Source: an uncultured Dehalococcoidales bacterium
Lineage (GTDB): Bacteria > Chloroflexota > Dehalococcoidia > GIF9 > AB-539-J10
DNA: 64,000 bases
Assembly (NCBI GenBank): GCA_964578745.1
Contig: CAZODZ010000002.1
Coordinates: forward strand, 17,123-81,122
Direction: 5' to 3'
Shown: one piece after another, positions 47,717-57,393 of the stretch
Numbering within the stretch: position 1 is the first letter of the stretch
Layout: every line of letters starts with the position of its first letter
Translations under genes and position numbers: made by a program
The notes under the pieces: generated by a model
Database searches by the model: none
The model's input: only the letters and a program-made list of their open reading frames with translations
Told to the model about the DNA's origin: nothing

Positions 47717-49166
47717 CGGTTCCTTCAGCATCATGTTCATGCGGCTGTTTTTCTGTCAGTATGCCGATAAAGGGCAAATTGCGGTACTCGTCCTTGTAGT
47801 CAAGTCCGTACCCGACAAGAAACTCGTCAGGTATCTCGAATCCTACGTAATCGAGCTTCACATTGGCCAGGCGCTGTGTCTTCCTGTCCAGTAGCGTGCA
47901 TACGCGCAGGCTGGCAGGCTTGTGTGCTCTCAAGTGTGACAGAACGTAATTAAGTGTCATGCCGGTGTCAACAATGTCTTCAACCATCAGCACATGCTGG
48001 TCTGCGATGCTGTTGTCGAGATCACGCGTGATCTTCACTACCTCGCCGTCTCCGCCGTAGTGCGAGATGTCCATGTAGTCGACTTTGACCGGAATGGACA
48101 TATGTCTTATCAGGTCGGAGAGGAAACACACGACGCCCTTGAGAATGCCGACCACTACAACTGTCTTGCCTTCGTAGTCCTTTGATATCTGGCGCGCCAG
48201 TGAGCGGACTCTGCGCTGTATCTGGGTAGAGCTGTAAAGGACCCGGCCGACACCTTCGACCTTGGCGTCTCCGCCTGGCCCGTAGCCATACTTGGATAGC
48301 AGCTTGACGAAGTCCTTCTTGGTAACAAGCCGGATATTGATGTCTGGGTACATCTCGCGCAGCTTCCTCACCTTCCGGTTCTTTTCCGTGATGAGGTCCT
48401 GCTTCATCGTCGTCAGTTCGAGGTACATATCCAGCTCAGGCAGATAGAAATCAGGCGTGAACATCTGCGAGACGCCGCTGCCATTCCACGCCAGAGGGAA
48501 GGATCTTGGTTCGTAGAGCCACTCAATCTGGTAGAAGTCGAGGAGATTCGCAAACTCGGCCTCGCTCTCATGAGCGAACTCGACGGACCTGAGGCGTCCG
48601 CTGCCAGCGGAGTAGACTGGAGAACGAGCCGAGCGTTCGCGCGCTTTCCATACGCGTTCTTTGAATTGCTGTAGTTCGGCTCTCTCAAGTACCACTGAGC
48701 AGACCGATGCGGCGGATCTGAGGAAGTCCTTTTCCGCTGTGGATAAGTCTCGCGATTCGCGTGAGTAAATGCGGAGTTCTCCAATAGTCTCGTCACCACG
48801 TAAGATGGGAGCCGCGGCGATAGAATTGACGTGCTGAGATTCGGCCACATCCGGGTGCTGCAAGCGCTTGTCTGTTGGCGCGTGTGTTACGACTGCGATG
48901 TTGCCCTCCAAGACTTCCGGCAGGCTTTGACGTGCCATCAATGGGCCTTTTCGCAGGTAGAGGTCACTCAGCCCGAACGCGCCAACCGTAGTCAGATAGT
49001 TGCGCTTGGGGTCGAGAAGCAACACGCGGCACCCGTTCATGTCAGTTGCCTTCGCGACTGCCTTGGCGATGGCGTTGCAGGTGCGCCTCAGTGTGAGGCC
49101 GGAATTGGCAACGCTGACTATGTGCTGAAGTGCCGAACAATAGCGCGCCCTTGACGTTGTCACCAC
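47700..49166 (-). CDS. three-domain protein: GAF, a central restriction-endonuclease-like(?) domain and an HPRT domain
   Basis: The N-terminal 160 aa are GAF-like. The C-terminal 180 aa are a second HPRT (VVVGILKG..., VLMVEDIVDTGMT). The central 120 aa carry PDFYLPEL...YLELTTMK. The gene sits 20 nt downstream of nrdJ. Confidence 0.6.
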   Translation of the reverse strand: MVTTSRARYCSALQHIVSVANSGLTLRRTCNAIAKAVAKATDMNGCRVLLLDPKRNYLTTVGAFGLSDLYLRKGPLMARQSLPEVLEGNIAVVTHAPTDKRLQHPDVAESQHVNSIAAAPILRGDETIGELRIYSRESRDLSTAEKDFLRSAASVCSVVLERAELQQFKERVWKARERSARSPVYSAGSGRLRSVEFAHESEAEFANLLDFYQIEWLYEPRSFPLAWNGSGVSQMFTPDFYLPELDMYLELTTMKQDLITEKNRKVRKLREMYPDINIRLVTKKDFVKLLSKYGYGPGGDAKVEGVGRVLYSSTQIQRRVRSLARQISKDYEGKTVVVVGILKGVVCFLSDLIRHMSIPVKVDYMDISHYGGDGEVVKITRDLDNSIADQHVLMVEDIVDTGMTLNYVLSHLRAHKPASLRVCTLLDRKTQRLANVKLDYVGFEIPDEFLVGYGLDYKDEYRNLPFIGILTEKQPHEHDAEGTDGQGT

Positions 49167-49185
49167 TCTCCCCCACGACTCTTCA

Positions 49186-51690
49186 TCACGAGCACTTGGT
49201 GTAGCCGCAGCCAGGGCAGATGCTGCACCCCTCCTGGTATATTAGTGTTCCCCCGCACTCGGGACACTGCGCTGGCATCGCTGACTCCTTCGGTCTCGTC
49301 GACGCACTCTCGATCGCTGTCCTGTCGCTAACATACTTCTCAAGGACGCTAGCTATGGCGTCCGCACAAGACGTGATTGCGCGTCCGTGTTCCCACGATA
49401 TCGAAGGGCAACGAATTCCGCGGAGGTTCTTCACAATTGAGGCTGGATCTAGGCCACAGCGCAGTGCATTGGATATTAGCCGGCTCGTGGCCTCGAGTTG
49501 GGCTGCGGCACACCCGCCAGCTTTGCCCAGCGTCGCAAACGTCTCGCATGCACCGTGTTCGTCGAAGTTGATGGTGACATACATATTGCCGCAACCTGTG
49601 CTTACCCTCTCGGTAATGCCTCTGGTAACCTTGGGTCGTGCCCGTGGGCGAAGCATCTCTGGTTCCGCTGTCCGGGCCGATCCGGCAGTCAGCACCTGGT
49701 CCTGTCGGCTGCCATCGCGGTAGATTGTGATGCCCTTAAGGTGGTGCTCATATGCGGCCATGTAGACATGTTTAACATCATCGCGAGTCGCTGACTGGCT
49801 GAAGTTGACCGTCTTGGATACGGCACTGTCGGTGTAGCGCTGAAAGGCTGCCTGCATCCTTACGTGCCAGTCGGGTGACACATCGTATGCGGTCACGAAG
49901 ATGCGCTTCACATCGTCCGGCACGCCCTCGATGTCTGCCAGCCTAGTTCCGGCCGCAAGCGTGCGCATCAGTTCTTCACTATAGAAACCACCCTCTCTTG
50001 CTTCTTTCTCAAAGTAGTAGTTGACCTCGAGAAAATCCTCTTTGTCCAGAATGCGGCGCACATAGGTGAGAGCGAACACTGGCTCGATACCACTTGAACA
50101 ATTGGCCACGATGCTGAGGCTGCCGGTGGGAGCGATCGTTGTACGGGATGCATTGCGGTAGCGGGGGCCGCCAGGGATGTCATATATGCTGCCCTCGAAT
50201 GCGGGGAACACACCGCGACTTTTGGCTAGGTCGATGGACGCCTGGTTGGCGGTCTCCGAGACCAGCCTCATTACGTGTTCCGCTGTCTGCAGGGCTTCCT
50301 CGCTGTTGTACGGTATGCGAAGCCTGATCAGCATGTCCGCGAAACCCATTACACCGAGGCCGATCTTCCGCGTCGCGTGTGTTTTCTCGCGTATCTCAGG
50401 TAGGGGATACCGATTGACTTCAATGACGTCGTCCAGAAAGCGGACTGCAAGCCGGACCGTCTCTGTGAGACGCTCGGTATCTATGGCTGGGCCCGACGGC
50501 GACTCATAAACCATCTTGGAAAGGTTGATGGAGCCGAGATTGCACGATTCGTACGGCAGCAGCGGCTGTTCGCCGCACGGGTTGGTGCTTTCGATTGCGC
50601 CGAGATGTGGAGTAGGGTTGCATCGGTTTATCTCGTCTAGGAAGATTATGCCGGGGTCGCCTGTGAGCCACGCGGTGTCGACTATCAGATCGAAGATGTC
50701 TCGTGCCCTGCGTGTATCGACAGCCTGGCCAGTCCGAGGATTGCGTAGCTCATATTCAGTGTCGTCGATTACTGCTTGCATGAAGTCGTCGGTCACCGCT
50801 ACCGACAGGTTGAAGTTGGTAAGCACGCCGGGGTCCTTTTTCGCCGTGATGAAGCGTTCGATGTCAGGGTGTGTCACGTCTAGGATGGCCATGTTCGCGC
50901 CTCGGCGCATCCCTCCCTGTTTGATCACGTCAGTTGTCCGGTCGAATACCTGCATGAATGACAAAGGCCCGCTTGCAACTCCACCGGTGCTTCCGACCCT
51001 GTCTTTCTCCGGACGAAGGTGTGAGAACGAGAATCCGGTGCCGCCGCCGCTCTTGTGTATCAGCGCTGTGTACTTGACTGCATCGAAGATGGACTCCATG
51101 GAGTCCTCCACCGGCAGGACGAAACAGGCCGACAGCTGCCCCAGTTCCCGCCCGGCGTTCATGAGTGTGGGGGAGTTGGGCAAGAAATCGAGATTCGCCA
51201 TCACTCTGTAAAAGGCGTCTTCCCAGTAGGCGCAGTCCTCTCCCGGGTTCAGAATTGTCTCGGCTGCAGCTACGTGTCGGGCGACACGCCTGAACATCTG
51301 TTCCGGTGTCTCAACAGGCTCGCCGTTTCCGTCTTTCGCAAGATACCGGCGTTTCAGAACGGTAAGCGCGTTCTTGGATAATTGAATGCCACTACATTGT
51401 GGTTCGCCGCCTGTCGATGATAGTATCGGCAACTGTCTCGCCTTTCCGACTCGGGATCGCCGGCGGGAATGCCTCGGTCCAGATGTCGTTACATAGCCTT
51501 CCATACCTGGCAGGGGTCGAGCGGTGCCAAGCCGCTCGCTCACCTGCACACTTAGTTGTTCAAGAAGGTCGCGATCGTTCACTCCCACAGATTCGGCGGC
51601 AGCAAAGACTGCACGCACCACCTGCTCTTCGGTAAGTGGCGTTGTCTCCTTCGCCTTGCCTGTTCGTGCCATGTGTGCCGTCTGCCTCAC
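49186..51690 (-). CDS. nrdJ: adenosylcobalamin-dependent ribonucleotide reductase (class II)
   Basis: The 834-aa product has the NrdJ core (LSKNALTVLKRRYL, the active-site region) and a C-terminal Cys4 zinc ribbon (CPECGG...CPGCG). The N-terminal 100 aa or so are uncharacterised. Confidence 0.85.
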   Translation of the reverse strand: MRQTAHMARTGKAKETTPLTEEQVVRAVFAAAESVGVNDRDLLEQLSVQVSERLGTARPLPGMEGYVTTSGPRHSRRRSRVGKARQLPILSSTGGEPQCSGIQLSKNALTVLKRRYLAKDGNGEPVETPEQMFRRVARHVAAAETILNPGEDCAYWEDAFYRVMANLDFLPNSPTLMNAGRELGQLSACFVLPVEDSMESIFDAVKYTALIHKSGGGTGFSFSHLRPEKDRVGSTGGVASGPLSFMQVFDRTTDVIKQGGMRRGANMAILDVTHPDIERFITAKKDPGVLTNFNLSVAVTDDFMQAVIDDTEYELRNPRTGQAVDTRRARDIFDLIVDTAWLTGDPGIIFLDEINRCNPTPHLGAIESTNPCGEQPLLPYESCNLGSINLSKMVYESPSGPAIDTERLTETVRLAVRFLDDVIEVNRYPLPEIREKTHATRKIGLGVMGFADMLIRLRIPYNSEEALQTAEHVMRLVSETANQASIDLAKSRGVFPAFEGSIYDIPGGPRYRNASRTTIAPTGSLSIVANCSSGIEPVFALTYVRRILDKEDFLEVNYYFEKEAREGGFYSEELMRTLAAGTRLADIEGVPDDVKRIFVTAYDVSPDWHVRMQAAFQRYTDSAVSKTVNFSQSATRDDVKHVYMAAYEHHLKGITIYRDGSRQDQVLTAGSARTAEPEMLRPRARPKVTRGITERVSTGCGNMYVTINFDEHGACETFATLGKAGGCAAAQLEATSRLISNALRCGLDPASIVKNLRGIRCPSISWEHGRAITSCADAIASVLEKYVSDRTAIESASTRPKESAMPAQCPECGGTLIYQEGCSICPGCGYTKCS

Positions 51691-51695
51691 AGTCC

Positions 51696-52175
51696 TCAGC
51701 TGTTGCCGGGTGCAGAAGGGGTGTCCTGGCTTTCTTTGGACAGGCTCTCCAGTGCTTCCTTGAGAGCACCTATGTCGGTGAATTCCCGGTACACACTGGC
51801 AAACCGTATGTATGCGATGTGGTCGACTCGTTCGAGCTGGTCCATGACGAGATCCCCGATTGTGGAACTCGAGACTTCCACTCTGCCAAGGCCATGCAAT
51901 TGGTCCTCTATGCCGGTAATGATCTTCTCAACCGTTCCTGTCGGCAACGGTCGCTTCTCGCACGCCTTTCTTATGCCCGAAGCCAGCTTTTCGCGGTTAT
52001 ATGGCTCGCGTCTGCTGTCCTTCTTCACGACATAGAGAGGATTGCTGTAGACCCGCTCGGTTGTAGTGAAGCGTGCGCCACATGCGACACAGACCCTTCT
52101 GCGACGGACTTCTCCTCCCATTCCCCTCGAGTCTACGACTCTCGAGTCGGGGGCGCCGCAAAAAGGGCATTTCAC
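51696..52175 (-). CDS. nrdR: transcriptional repressor NrdR
   Basis: It has a zinc ribbon (KCPFCG...CVACG) and an ATP-cone. It starts at the GTG at 52175 with a GAGG RBS. The listed N-extension is not conserved. Confidence 0.8.
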   Translation of the reverse strand: MKCPFCGAPDSRVVDSRGMGGEVRRRRVCVACGARFTTTERVYSNPLYVVKKDSRREPYNREKLASGIRKACEKRPLPTGTVEKIITGIEDQLHGLGRVEVSSSTIGDLVMDQLERVDHIAYIRFASVYREFTDIGALKEALESLSKESQDTPSAPGNS

Positions 52176-52324
52176 TGGGCATGCCTCACAATTTGTTGTG
52201 CCACAAACAAAGTGTACCACCACATGTTGGGGGCTCCAAGATAAGAGGAGCTCTGCAGTGGTGTCTTGAAAAGCCAACGGGGAGGACGGAGAACCCGTCC
52301 TCCCCGTGCGGGCGGGACAGGCAA

Positions 52325-53458
52325 CTATTGCCAGGAAAGCTTGGAGGGCTCAGGCGTAACGTCCGCTCGACCCTTCAATGCCTGCGTGAGCTGACCACCT
52401 GCACCGTGTCGCTGGCCACGGCGGAGGAACGATGGGACATCAAGTGTGTCGCCGCCACCCTTCATCAGTCTGCGCAGTTCTTCAGTATCGGGAGATCCCT
52501 TGCCATATTGACTTGTGAATCCGGTTGCTATGACGGTGATCTTGATCTCGGCATCCATCTTCGGATCGAACACGACGCCGAAGATGATGTTCGCCCGTGG
52601 ATCAACGGCCTCGCTGATGACACTTGCCGCCTCGTTACATTCGAACAACGTCAGGCTTGGGCCGCCCGTGATGTTGAAAAGCACGCCCTGGGCGCCTGCG
52701 ACCTGTGCATCAAGCAGCGGGCTTGCGAGTGCTGCCTTGGCCGCCTCTGCAGCGCGATTCTGGCCGCTGCCGCGCCCCACGGACATCCATGCAGGGCCGG
52801 CATCTTTCATGACCGACTTGATATCGGCGAAGTCAAGATTGATGAGACCGGGCACTGTTACCACCTCAGAAATGGCCTGCACACCGAGCAGCAGGGCGTC
52901 GTCTGCGAGCCTGAAGGCGGAATCGATTGTTGTCTTGGCATCACACAACTGAAGCAGCCGATCGTTTGGGATGATGATGAGCGTATCCACCTTCTCGGTC
53001 AGGTTGAGAATGCCTTCCTCAGCCACTTCCGATCTGTGGCCTCCCTCAAACTTGAACGGCTTGGTTACCACGCCGATAGTGAGCGCACCGGACTCCTTTG
53101 CCGTCTCTGCAACCACCGGGATGCCACCAGTGCCTGTTCCTCCACCCATGCCAGCTGCCACAAATACCATGTCAGCACCCTCGACGATTTCCTGTATTAG
53201 CTGCTTGCTCTCCTCGGCAGCCTTGTGTCCAACGCGGTGATCTCCGCCTGCTCCGAGACCGCGTGTCAGTTTCTCGCCGAGCTGGATCCGTGTGGGTGCC
53301 TCGGCAAGAGCGAGGGCTTGGGCGTCCGTATTCATGGCGATGAATTCTACGCCGCGGATGCCCTCGCGGATCATGCGGTTGATTGCATTTGTTCCACCGC
53401 CACCGATGCCGATAGCCTTGATCTTGGCAGGGGCGGGTGTGTATGTTGTCTTAGCCAT
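52325..53458 (-). CDS. ftsZ: cell division protein FtsZ
   Basis: It has [17 protein letters not shown] and the GGGTGTG T4 loop, with full FtsZ conservation. An AGGAGGA RBS precedes the start. Confidence 0.95.
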   Translation of the reverse strand: MAKTTYTPAPAKIKAIGIGGGGTNAINRMIREGIRGVEFIAMNTDAQALALAEAPTRIQLGEKLTRGLGAGGDHRVGHKAAEESKQLIQEIVEGADMVFVAAGMGGGTGTGGIPVVAETAKESGALTIGVVTKPFKFEGGHRSEVAEEGILNLTEKVDTLIIIPNDRLLQLCDAKTTIDSAFRLADDALLLGVQAISEVVTVPGLINLDFADIKSVMKDAGPAWMSVGRGSGQNRAAEAAKAALASPLLDAQVAGAQGVLFNITGGPSLTLFECNEAASVISEAVDPRANIIFGVVFDPKMDAEIKITVIATGFTSQYGKGSPDTEELRRLMKGGGDTLDVPSFLRRGQRHGAGGQLTQALKGRADVTPEPSKLSWQ

Positions 53459-53497
53459 CTGTTCCTCCTAGTCTTCTCAACGTTTCAGCGCACAACA

Positions 53498-54718
53498 CTA
53501 TCCGCGGAAGAGCTTGCGCAGCAGTCGGGTGATGCTACCGAACATTCCGGCACGTTTGTCCTGCCATGCGGATGGTTCGCGGTTGCGGGCCTGCCAGAGG
53601 ATGAGCCCGAGTGTCGTTGCGTATGCGGAATCGCGTAGAATGTCGGTGATACCGTAGACCCCGCTGCCAAGCGGAGCGCCCTTGCGCACGGGCATTTTCA
53701 GTTGCTCCCTGCCCAAGTCCACGAGGCCTCCGAGGTTCGCGGTACCACCTGTGAGTACGAGTCCACAGGGGGCGAGACGCTGGTAGTCAGTTGTTGGAAG
53801 CTCGAGAAGGATGAGTTCGAACAGCTCCTCCATCCTGGAGCGCACGATGTCACATAGTTCACGGTACGACGCGGCATGCCCGTTCTCGATGCCTGTCAGT
53901 TCGGTCTCCCTGCCGAACTCCTTGTTCGGTGTCGCATCACCGTATGTCTTTTTCATGCGCTCTGCGACATGGAACGGGAGGCCGAGCCCGATGGCGATAT
54001 CGCTTGTTATCTGATAGCCGGCCACTGGGATGATCGCTGTGTGATAGATATCCCCGTCCTTGAATACGGCTATATCTGTTGTGCCGCCGCCGAGGTCTGC
54101 CATGATGATGCCGCTTTCGCGTTCCTGGGCGGTGAGCACAGCCTCGCCGCTTGCCAGAGGTTCAAGTACGAGGTCGTCAACCTGCACGCCGATACTCCGG
54201 ATGACTTTGACGAGATTCTGAACAGACGAGACCGATGCCGTGATGATGTGGGTCTCCACATCAAGTCGCGTGCCATGCATGCCAACGGGTTGCTTGACAC
54301 GCTCTTCCCCGTCGAGCGTGTAATAGCGTGGGATGGCGTGCAGCAGCTTCTTCCCCTCAGGTACAGCTACATTTCTGGATGCAGCGAGGACCCGCTGCAG
54401 GTCCTCCGAACGTACCAGCCGGTCATTCCTGGGAATGGCCACAACGCCTTTGTTGTTGATGCTGCTGATGTGCCGCCCAGTGACACCAACGAAGACCGAA
54501 TCGACCCGCGTGCCGCTGATCTTCTGTGCCTCCTGGATAGACGCGGCGATGGCCTCTTTAGCCTCGTCCATGTTGACGACGATACCCTTGTGTAGTCCAT
54601 GGCTGGGCACAACGCCAACGCCGAGAACCTCGATGTCATCCTGGTTTCTGACGTTCGCCACGATGGTCGCTATCTTGGTGGTACCCACATCAATGGCGGA
54701 GACAATTCCTTTGGCCAT
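53498..54718 (-). CDS. ftsA: cell division protein FtsA
   Basis: It has the actin-fold motifs (SAIDVGTTKIAT, DLGGGTTD). An AAGGAGGTG RBS precedes the ATG at 54718. Confidence 0.9.
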   Translation of the reverse strand: MAKGIVSAIDVGTTKIATIVANVRNQDDIEVLGVGVVPSHGLHKGIVVNMDEAKEAIAASIQEAQKISGTRVDSVFVGVTGRHISSINNKGVVAIPRNDRLVRSEDLQRVLAASRNVAVPEGKKLLHAIPRYYTLDGEERVKQPVGMHGTRLDVETHIITASVSSVQNLVKVIRSIGVQVDDLVLEPLASGEAVLTAQERESGIIMADLGGGTTDIAVFKDGDIYHTAIIPVAGYQITSDIAIGLGLPFHVAERMKKTYGDATPNKEFGRETELTGIENGHAASYRELCDIVRSRMEELFELILLELPTTDYQRLAPCGLVLTGGTANLGGLVDLGREQLKMPVRKGAPLGSGVYGITDILRDSAYATTLGLILWQARNREPSAWQDKRAGMFGSITRLLRKLFRG

Positions 54719-54763
54719 ATTCACCTCCTTAGATTGCTCAGGACGCTGAGCCACAGAACGGCT

Positions 54764-55660
54764 CTATGCAAGACGCTCAGCGACTCTGAGCCGCGCACTG
54801 CGGCTGCGTGGGTTGGAGCGGGTCTCCAACGAAGTAGGTCGTATGACCTTCCTTGAGACGAGCGAGAAGACGTGGCGTGCTGCCTCCCTGCGCATGAACT
54901 GCTTCACAATGCGGTCCTCGAGAGAGTGGTAGCTTATGACTACTACACGACCCCCCTCACGCAGGAGTTCTGCTGTCTGGTCCAATGCCAGCCTGAGGTT
55001 CTCCAGCTCCCTGTTCACCGCAATTCGAAGCGCCATGAATGTGCGGGTGGCAGGATGGATCCTGCCGCGTCTGCCGCCGTGGACCTGCTGCACAATGTGC
55101 ACAAGTCGTAATGTGGACAGGATCGGCCTGTTCTGGACGATCCTGTGCGCAATTTGGCGGGAGTAACGTTCTTCTCCGTACTCCCACAATATGCGAGCGA
55201 TTTCCTGCTCGCTGCAATTGTTGACAATGTCTGCTGCTGACGTGCCCTGCGCTGAATCGAAGCGCATGTCAAGGGGCGCTTCATGCTGAAAGCTGAAGCC
55301 CCGCTCGGCTGTGTTCAGCTGCATGGATGAGACGCCGAGATCCATCAGGATCCCAGCATTCCGGACAAATCCATGTGACTCGCAGATGCTCTTGAGCTCA
55401 GAGAAGTTGCCGCGGGCGAGTGTTACCCGAGGGCCGAATGATGACAGGTTCTCTCGTGCCAGTTCTATCGCAGAGGGGTCCGCATCAATGCCCAGGAGCT
55501 GGCCGTCAGGCCCACTTCTCTCCAGAATGGCACGTGCATGTCCTCCTGCCCCCACTGTACAATCCACGTATAACTCCCCCGGTTGCGGTTGCAACGCTTC
55601 CATGACCTCAGTCACCATCACGGGGATGTGTGCCATTGATGCGATGTCTCGGATGCTCAA
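54764..55660 (-). CDS. rsmH: 16S rRNA (cytosine1402-N4)-methyltransferase
   Basis: It has MraW signatures (HIPVMVTEV, YVDCTVGAGGH). Confidence 0.9.
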   Translation of the reverse strand: MSIRDIASMAHIPVMVTEVMEALQPQPGELYVDCTVGAGGHARAILERSGPDGQLLGIDADPSAIELARENLSSFGPRVTLARGNFSELKSICESHGFVRNAGILMDLGVSSMQLNTAERGFSFQHEAPLDMRFDSAQGTSAADIVNNCSEQEIARILWEYGEERYSRQIAHRIVQNRPILSTLRLVHIVQQVHGGRRGRIHPATRTFMALRIAVNRELENLRLALDQTAELLREGGRVVVISYHSLEDRIVKQFMRREAARHVFSLVSRKVIRPTSLETRSNPRSRSARLRVAERLA

Positions 55661-56082
55661 CTACCTCCCAGACTCTCAAGAATCTGTTCAGCCTGTTCTT
55701 CCGACGACTGCTTCTCCTGCTTCCAGAGTTCTTCGTTCCAGAGTTCAACGGACTGGTTGACGCCGACCACAACCACCGTTTCACCGATTTCGGCGTGCAG
55801 ACGCAATGGCATGGGCAGGCCTATGCGCCCCTGCTTGTCAAACGATGTGGAGAATGCGCTGCCAAATATGGCACGGTTTAGCTTGCGCTGGCTCGCGGAG
55901 GTCAGTGCCTTAGAAGACAGCTCGTCCGCGATGCGCTTCCACTCCGAGAGGGGGTAGACGCGGATGCATTTCTCAGTGCCTTTTGTGAGCACGATTGTGT
56001 CCCGCATATCACGGCGGAACTTGGGTGGTAGGGGCACTCGTCCCTTGTCATCCAGCTTGTATACGTACTCACCAAAAAACAT
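55657..56082 (-). CDS. mraZ: transcriptional regulator MraZ
   Basis: It has the duplicated MraZ domain (YVYKLDDKGRVPLP ...). It is the first gene of the division cluster. Confidence 0.9.
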   Translation of the reverse strand: MFFGEYVYKLDDKGRVPLPPKFRRDMRDTIVLTKGTEKCIRVYPLSEWKRIADELSSKALTSASQRKLNRAIFGSAFSTSFDKQGRIGLPMPLRLHAEIGETVVVVGVNQSVELWNEELWKQEKQSSEEQAEQILESLGGS

Positions 56083-56108
56083 CTATGCTCCCCCAGGAGG
56101 TGCACAAT

Positions 56109-56170
56109 CCTCCTAATCTCCCCACTTTCCCCCACACCCCTATTTAAGGTGCTATGCTTCCGTTTGTCAA
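56109..56170 (-). promoter_or_regulatory. putative mraZ promoter with MraZ-box direct repeats
   Basis: On the minus strand the arrangement is TTGACA-17nt-TTAAAT. It is followed by GTGGGGGAAA-GTGGGGAGAT-TAGGAGG repeats at 10-bp spacing, like the MraZ operator, and then a GGGGGAG RBS. Confidence 0.45.
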
Positions 56171-56216
56171 GTGGCGGGCAGCAATTCTTTGCTAAAACCT
56201 GACCTGCATGCTGCGA

Positions 56217-56245
56217 TTCATTTCCTGCTCTGCCTGTGCTAGAAT
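56217..56245 (+). promoter_or_regulatory. putative trmD promoter
   Basis: An extended -10 box TGcTAGAAT (56237..56245) sits 17 nt downstream of a weak -35 TTCATT. It lies about 35 nt upstream of the trmD ATG. Confidence 0.4.
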
Positions 56246-56279
56246 GGGGAGCTTGTGAGAACCATCGCGCGAGGGCTTT

Positions 56280-57020
56280 ATGCGGATAGACATCCTCTGT
56301 CTCTTTCCCGAGATGTTTGTCTCGCCCTTTAGCTACAGTATCGTGAAGAGGGCTGAAGAGCGTGGTCTCGCGCAGGTGGTTGCCCACAACATCCGCGATT
56401 TCACGCATGATCGTCACCGCACCGTTGATGACTACCCTTATGGCGGTGGCGTAGGGATGGTGCTCAAGCCGGAGCCCATCTTTGAAGCTGCGGAGCATGT
56501 GAAGAAGACGACCGGCTTTGGTGACTGCCCGGTGGTCTTGTTGACACCCCAGGGCAGACTGTTTACTCAAGATATTGCCCGTGAGTTGTCACACCACCCG
56601 CAGTTGATGCTGATATGTGGACATTATGAGGGGGTGGATGAGCGCGTTGCGGAACATCTGGCTACCGATGCCTTAAGTATCGGGGACTATGTACTCATGG
56701 GAGGAGAGGTGGCGGCCATGGTTGTGGTCGAGGCAGTAGTACGGCTGCTTCCGGGCGTGCTGGGTTCTGAGATGTCGACGGTGGACGAGTCGCATGCGGA
56801 TGGGTTGCTAGAGTACCCCCAGTACACGCGGCCTGAAGTCTTCCGCGGATGGGCGGTACCACCAGTACTCCTTTCGGGCAATCATGGTGAGATTGCAGCG
56901 TGGAGGCGGCGACAGACACTGTTACGCACTGCGAAAAGGCGCCCGGACCTGCTCGAACGAGCAACATTGAGTGACAAGGAGCGAACATGGATATCAGAGA
57001 GCTTGTTGAGCCAACTATAA
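56280..57020 (+). CDS. trmD: tRNA (guanine37-N1)-methyltransferase
   Basis: It has the SPOUT fold ([28 protein letters not shown]). Confidence 0.9.
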   Translation: MRIDILCLFPEMFVSPFSYSIVKRAEERGLAQVVAHNIRDFTHDRHRTVDDYPYGGGVGMVLKPEPIFEAAEHVKKTTGFGDCPVVLLTPQGRLFTQDIARELSHHPQLMLICGHYEGVDERVAEHLATDALSIGDYVLMGGEVAAMVVVEAVVRLLPGVLGSEMSTVDESHADGLLEYPQYTRPEVFRGWAVPPVLLSGNHGEIAAWRRRQTLLRTAKRRPDLLERATLSDKERTWISESLLSQL

Positions 57021-57370
57021 GAAGAGGAAGAGAAGGACTGCCGCAGCTGTCTCCAGGCGATACCGTGCGAGTGGCCTTTCGCGTACGGGAAGGCGATCGA
57101 GAGCGCATACAGAATTTCCAGGGCATGGTGATCCGGTTGCGGCGCAGTGTTGACGGTGGCAGGTTTACCGTCCGCCGTGTTTCCTACGGAGTGGGTGTTG
57201 AGTACACTTTCCCGTTCCAGTCTCCGTTGCTTGAGAGGATCGAAGTCCTTCGCCGGGGCAAGGCACGCCGTGCGAAGCTCTACTACATGCGGAATCTGAG
57301 CGCCAAGCGTGCGCGGCTCAAAGAGAGGCGCACCAAGAATGCCCAGGCCAACTCCGGCGAAGAAGCTTGA
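56987..57370 (+). CDS. rplS: 50S ribosomal protein L19
   Basis: It has the L19 core (PGDTVRV...) and sits directly after trmD, which is the conserved order. Confidence 0.85.
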   Translation: MDIRELVEPTIRRGREGLPQLSPGDTVRVAFRVREGDRERIQNFQGMVIRLRRSVDGGRFTVRRVSYGVGVEYTFPFQSPLLERIEVLRRGKARRAKLYYMRNLSAKRARLKERRTKNAQANSGEEA

Positions 57371-57393
57371 GAGCTGCTGGTATTCTCTGACTG

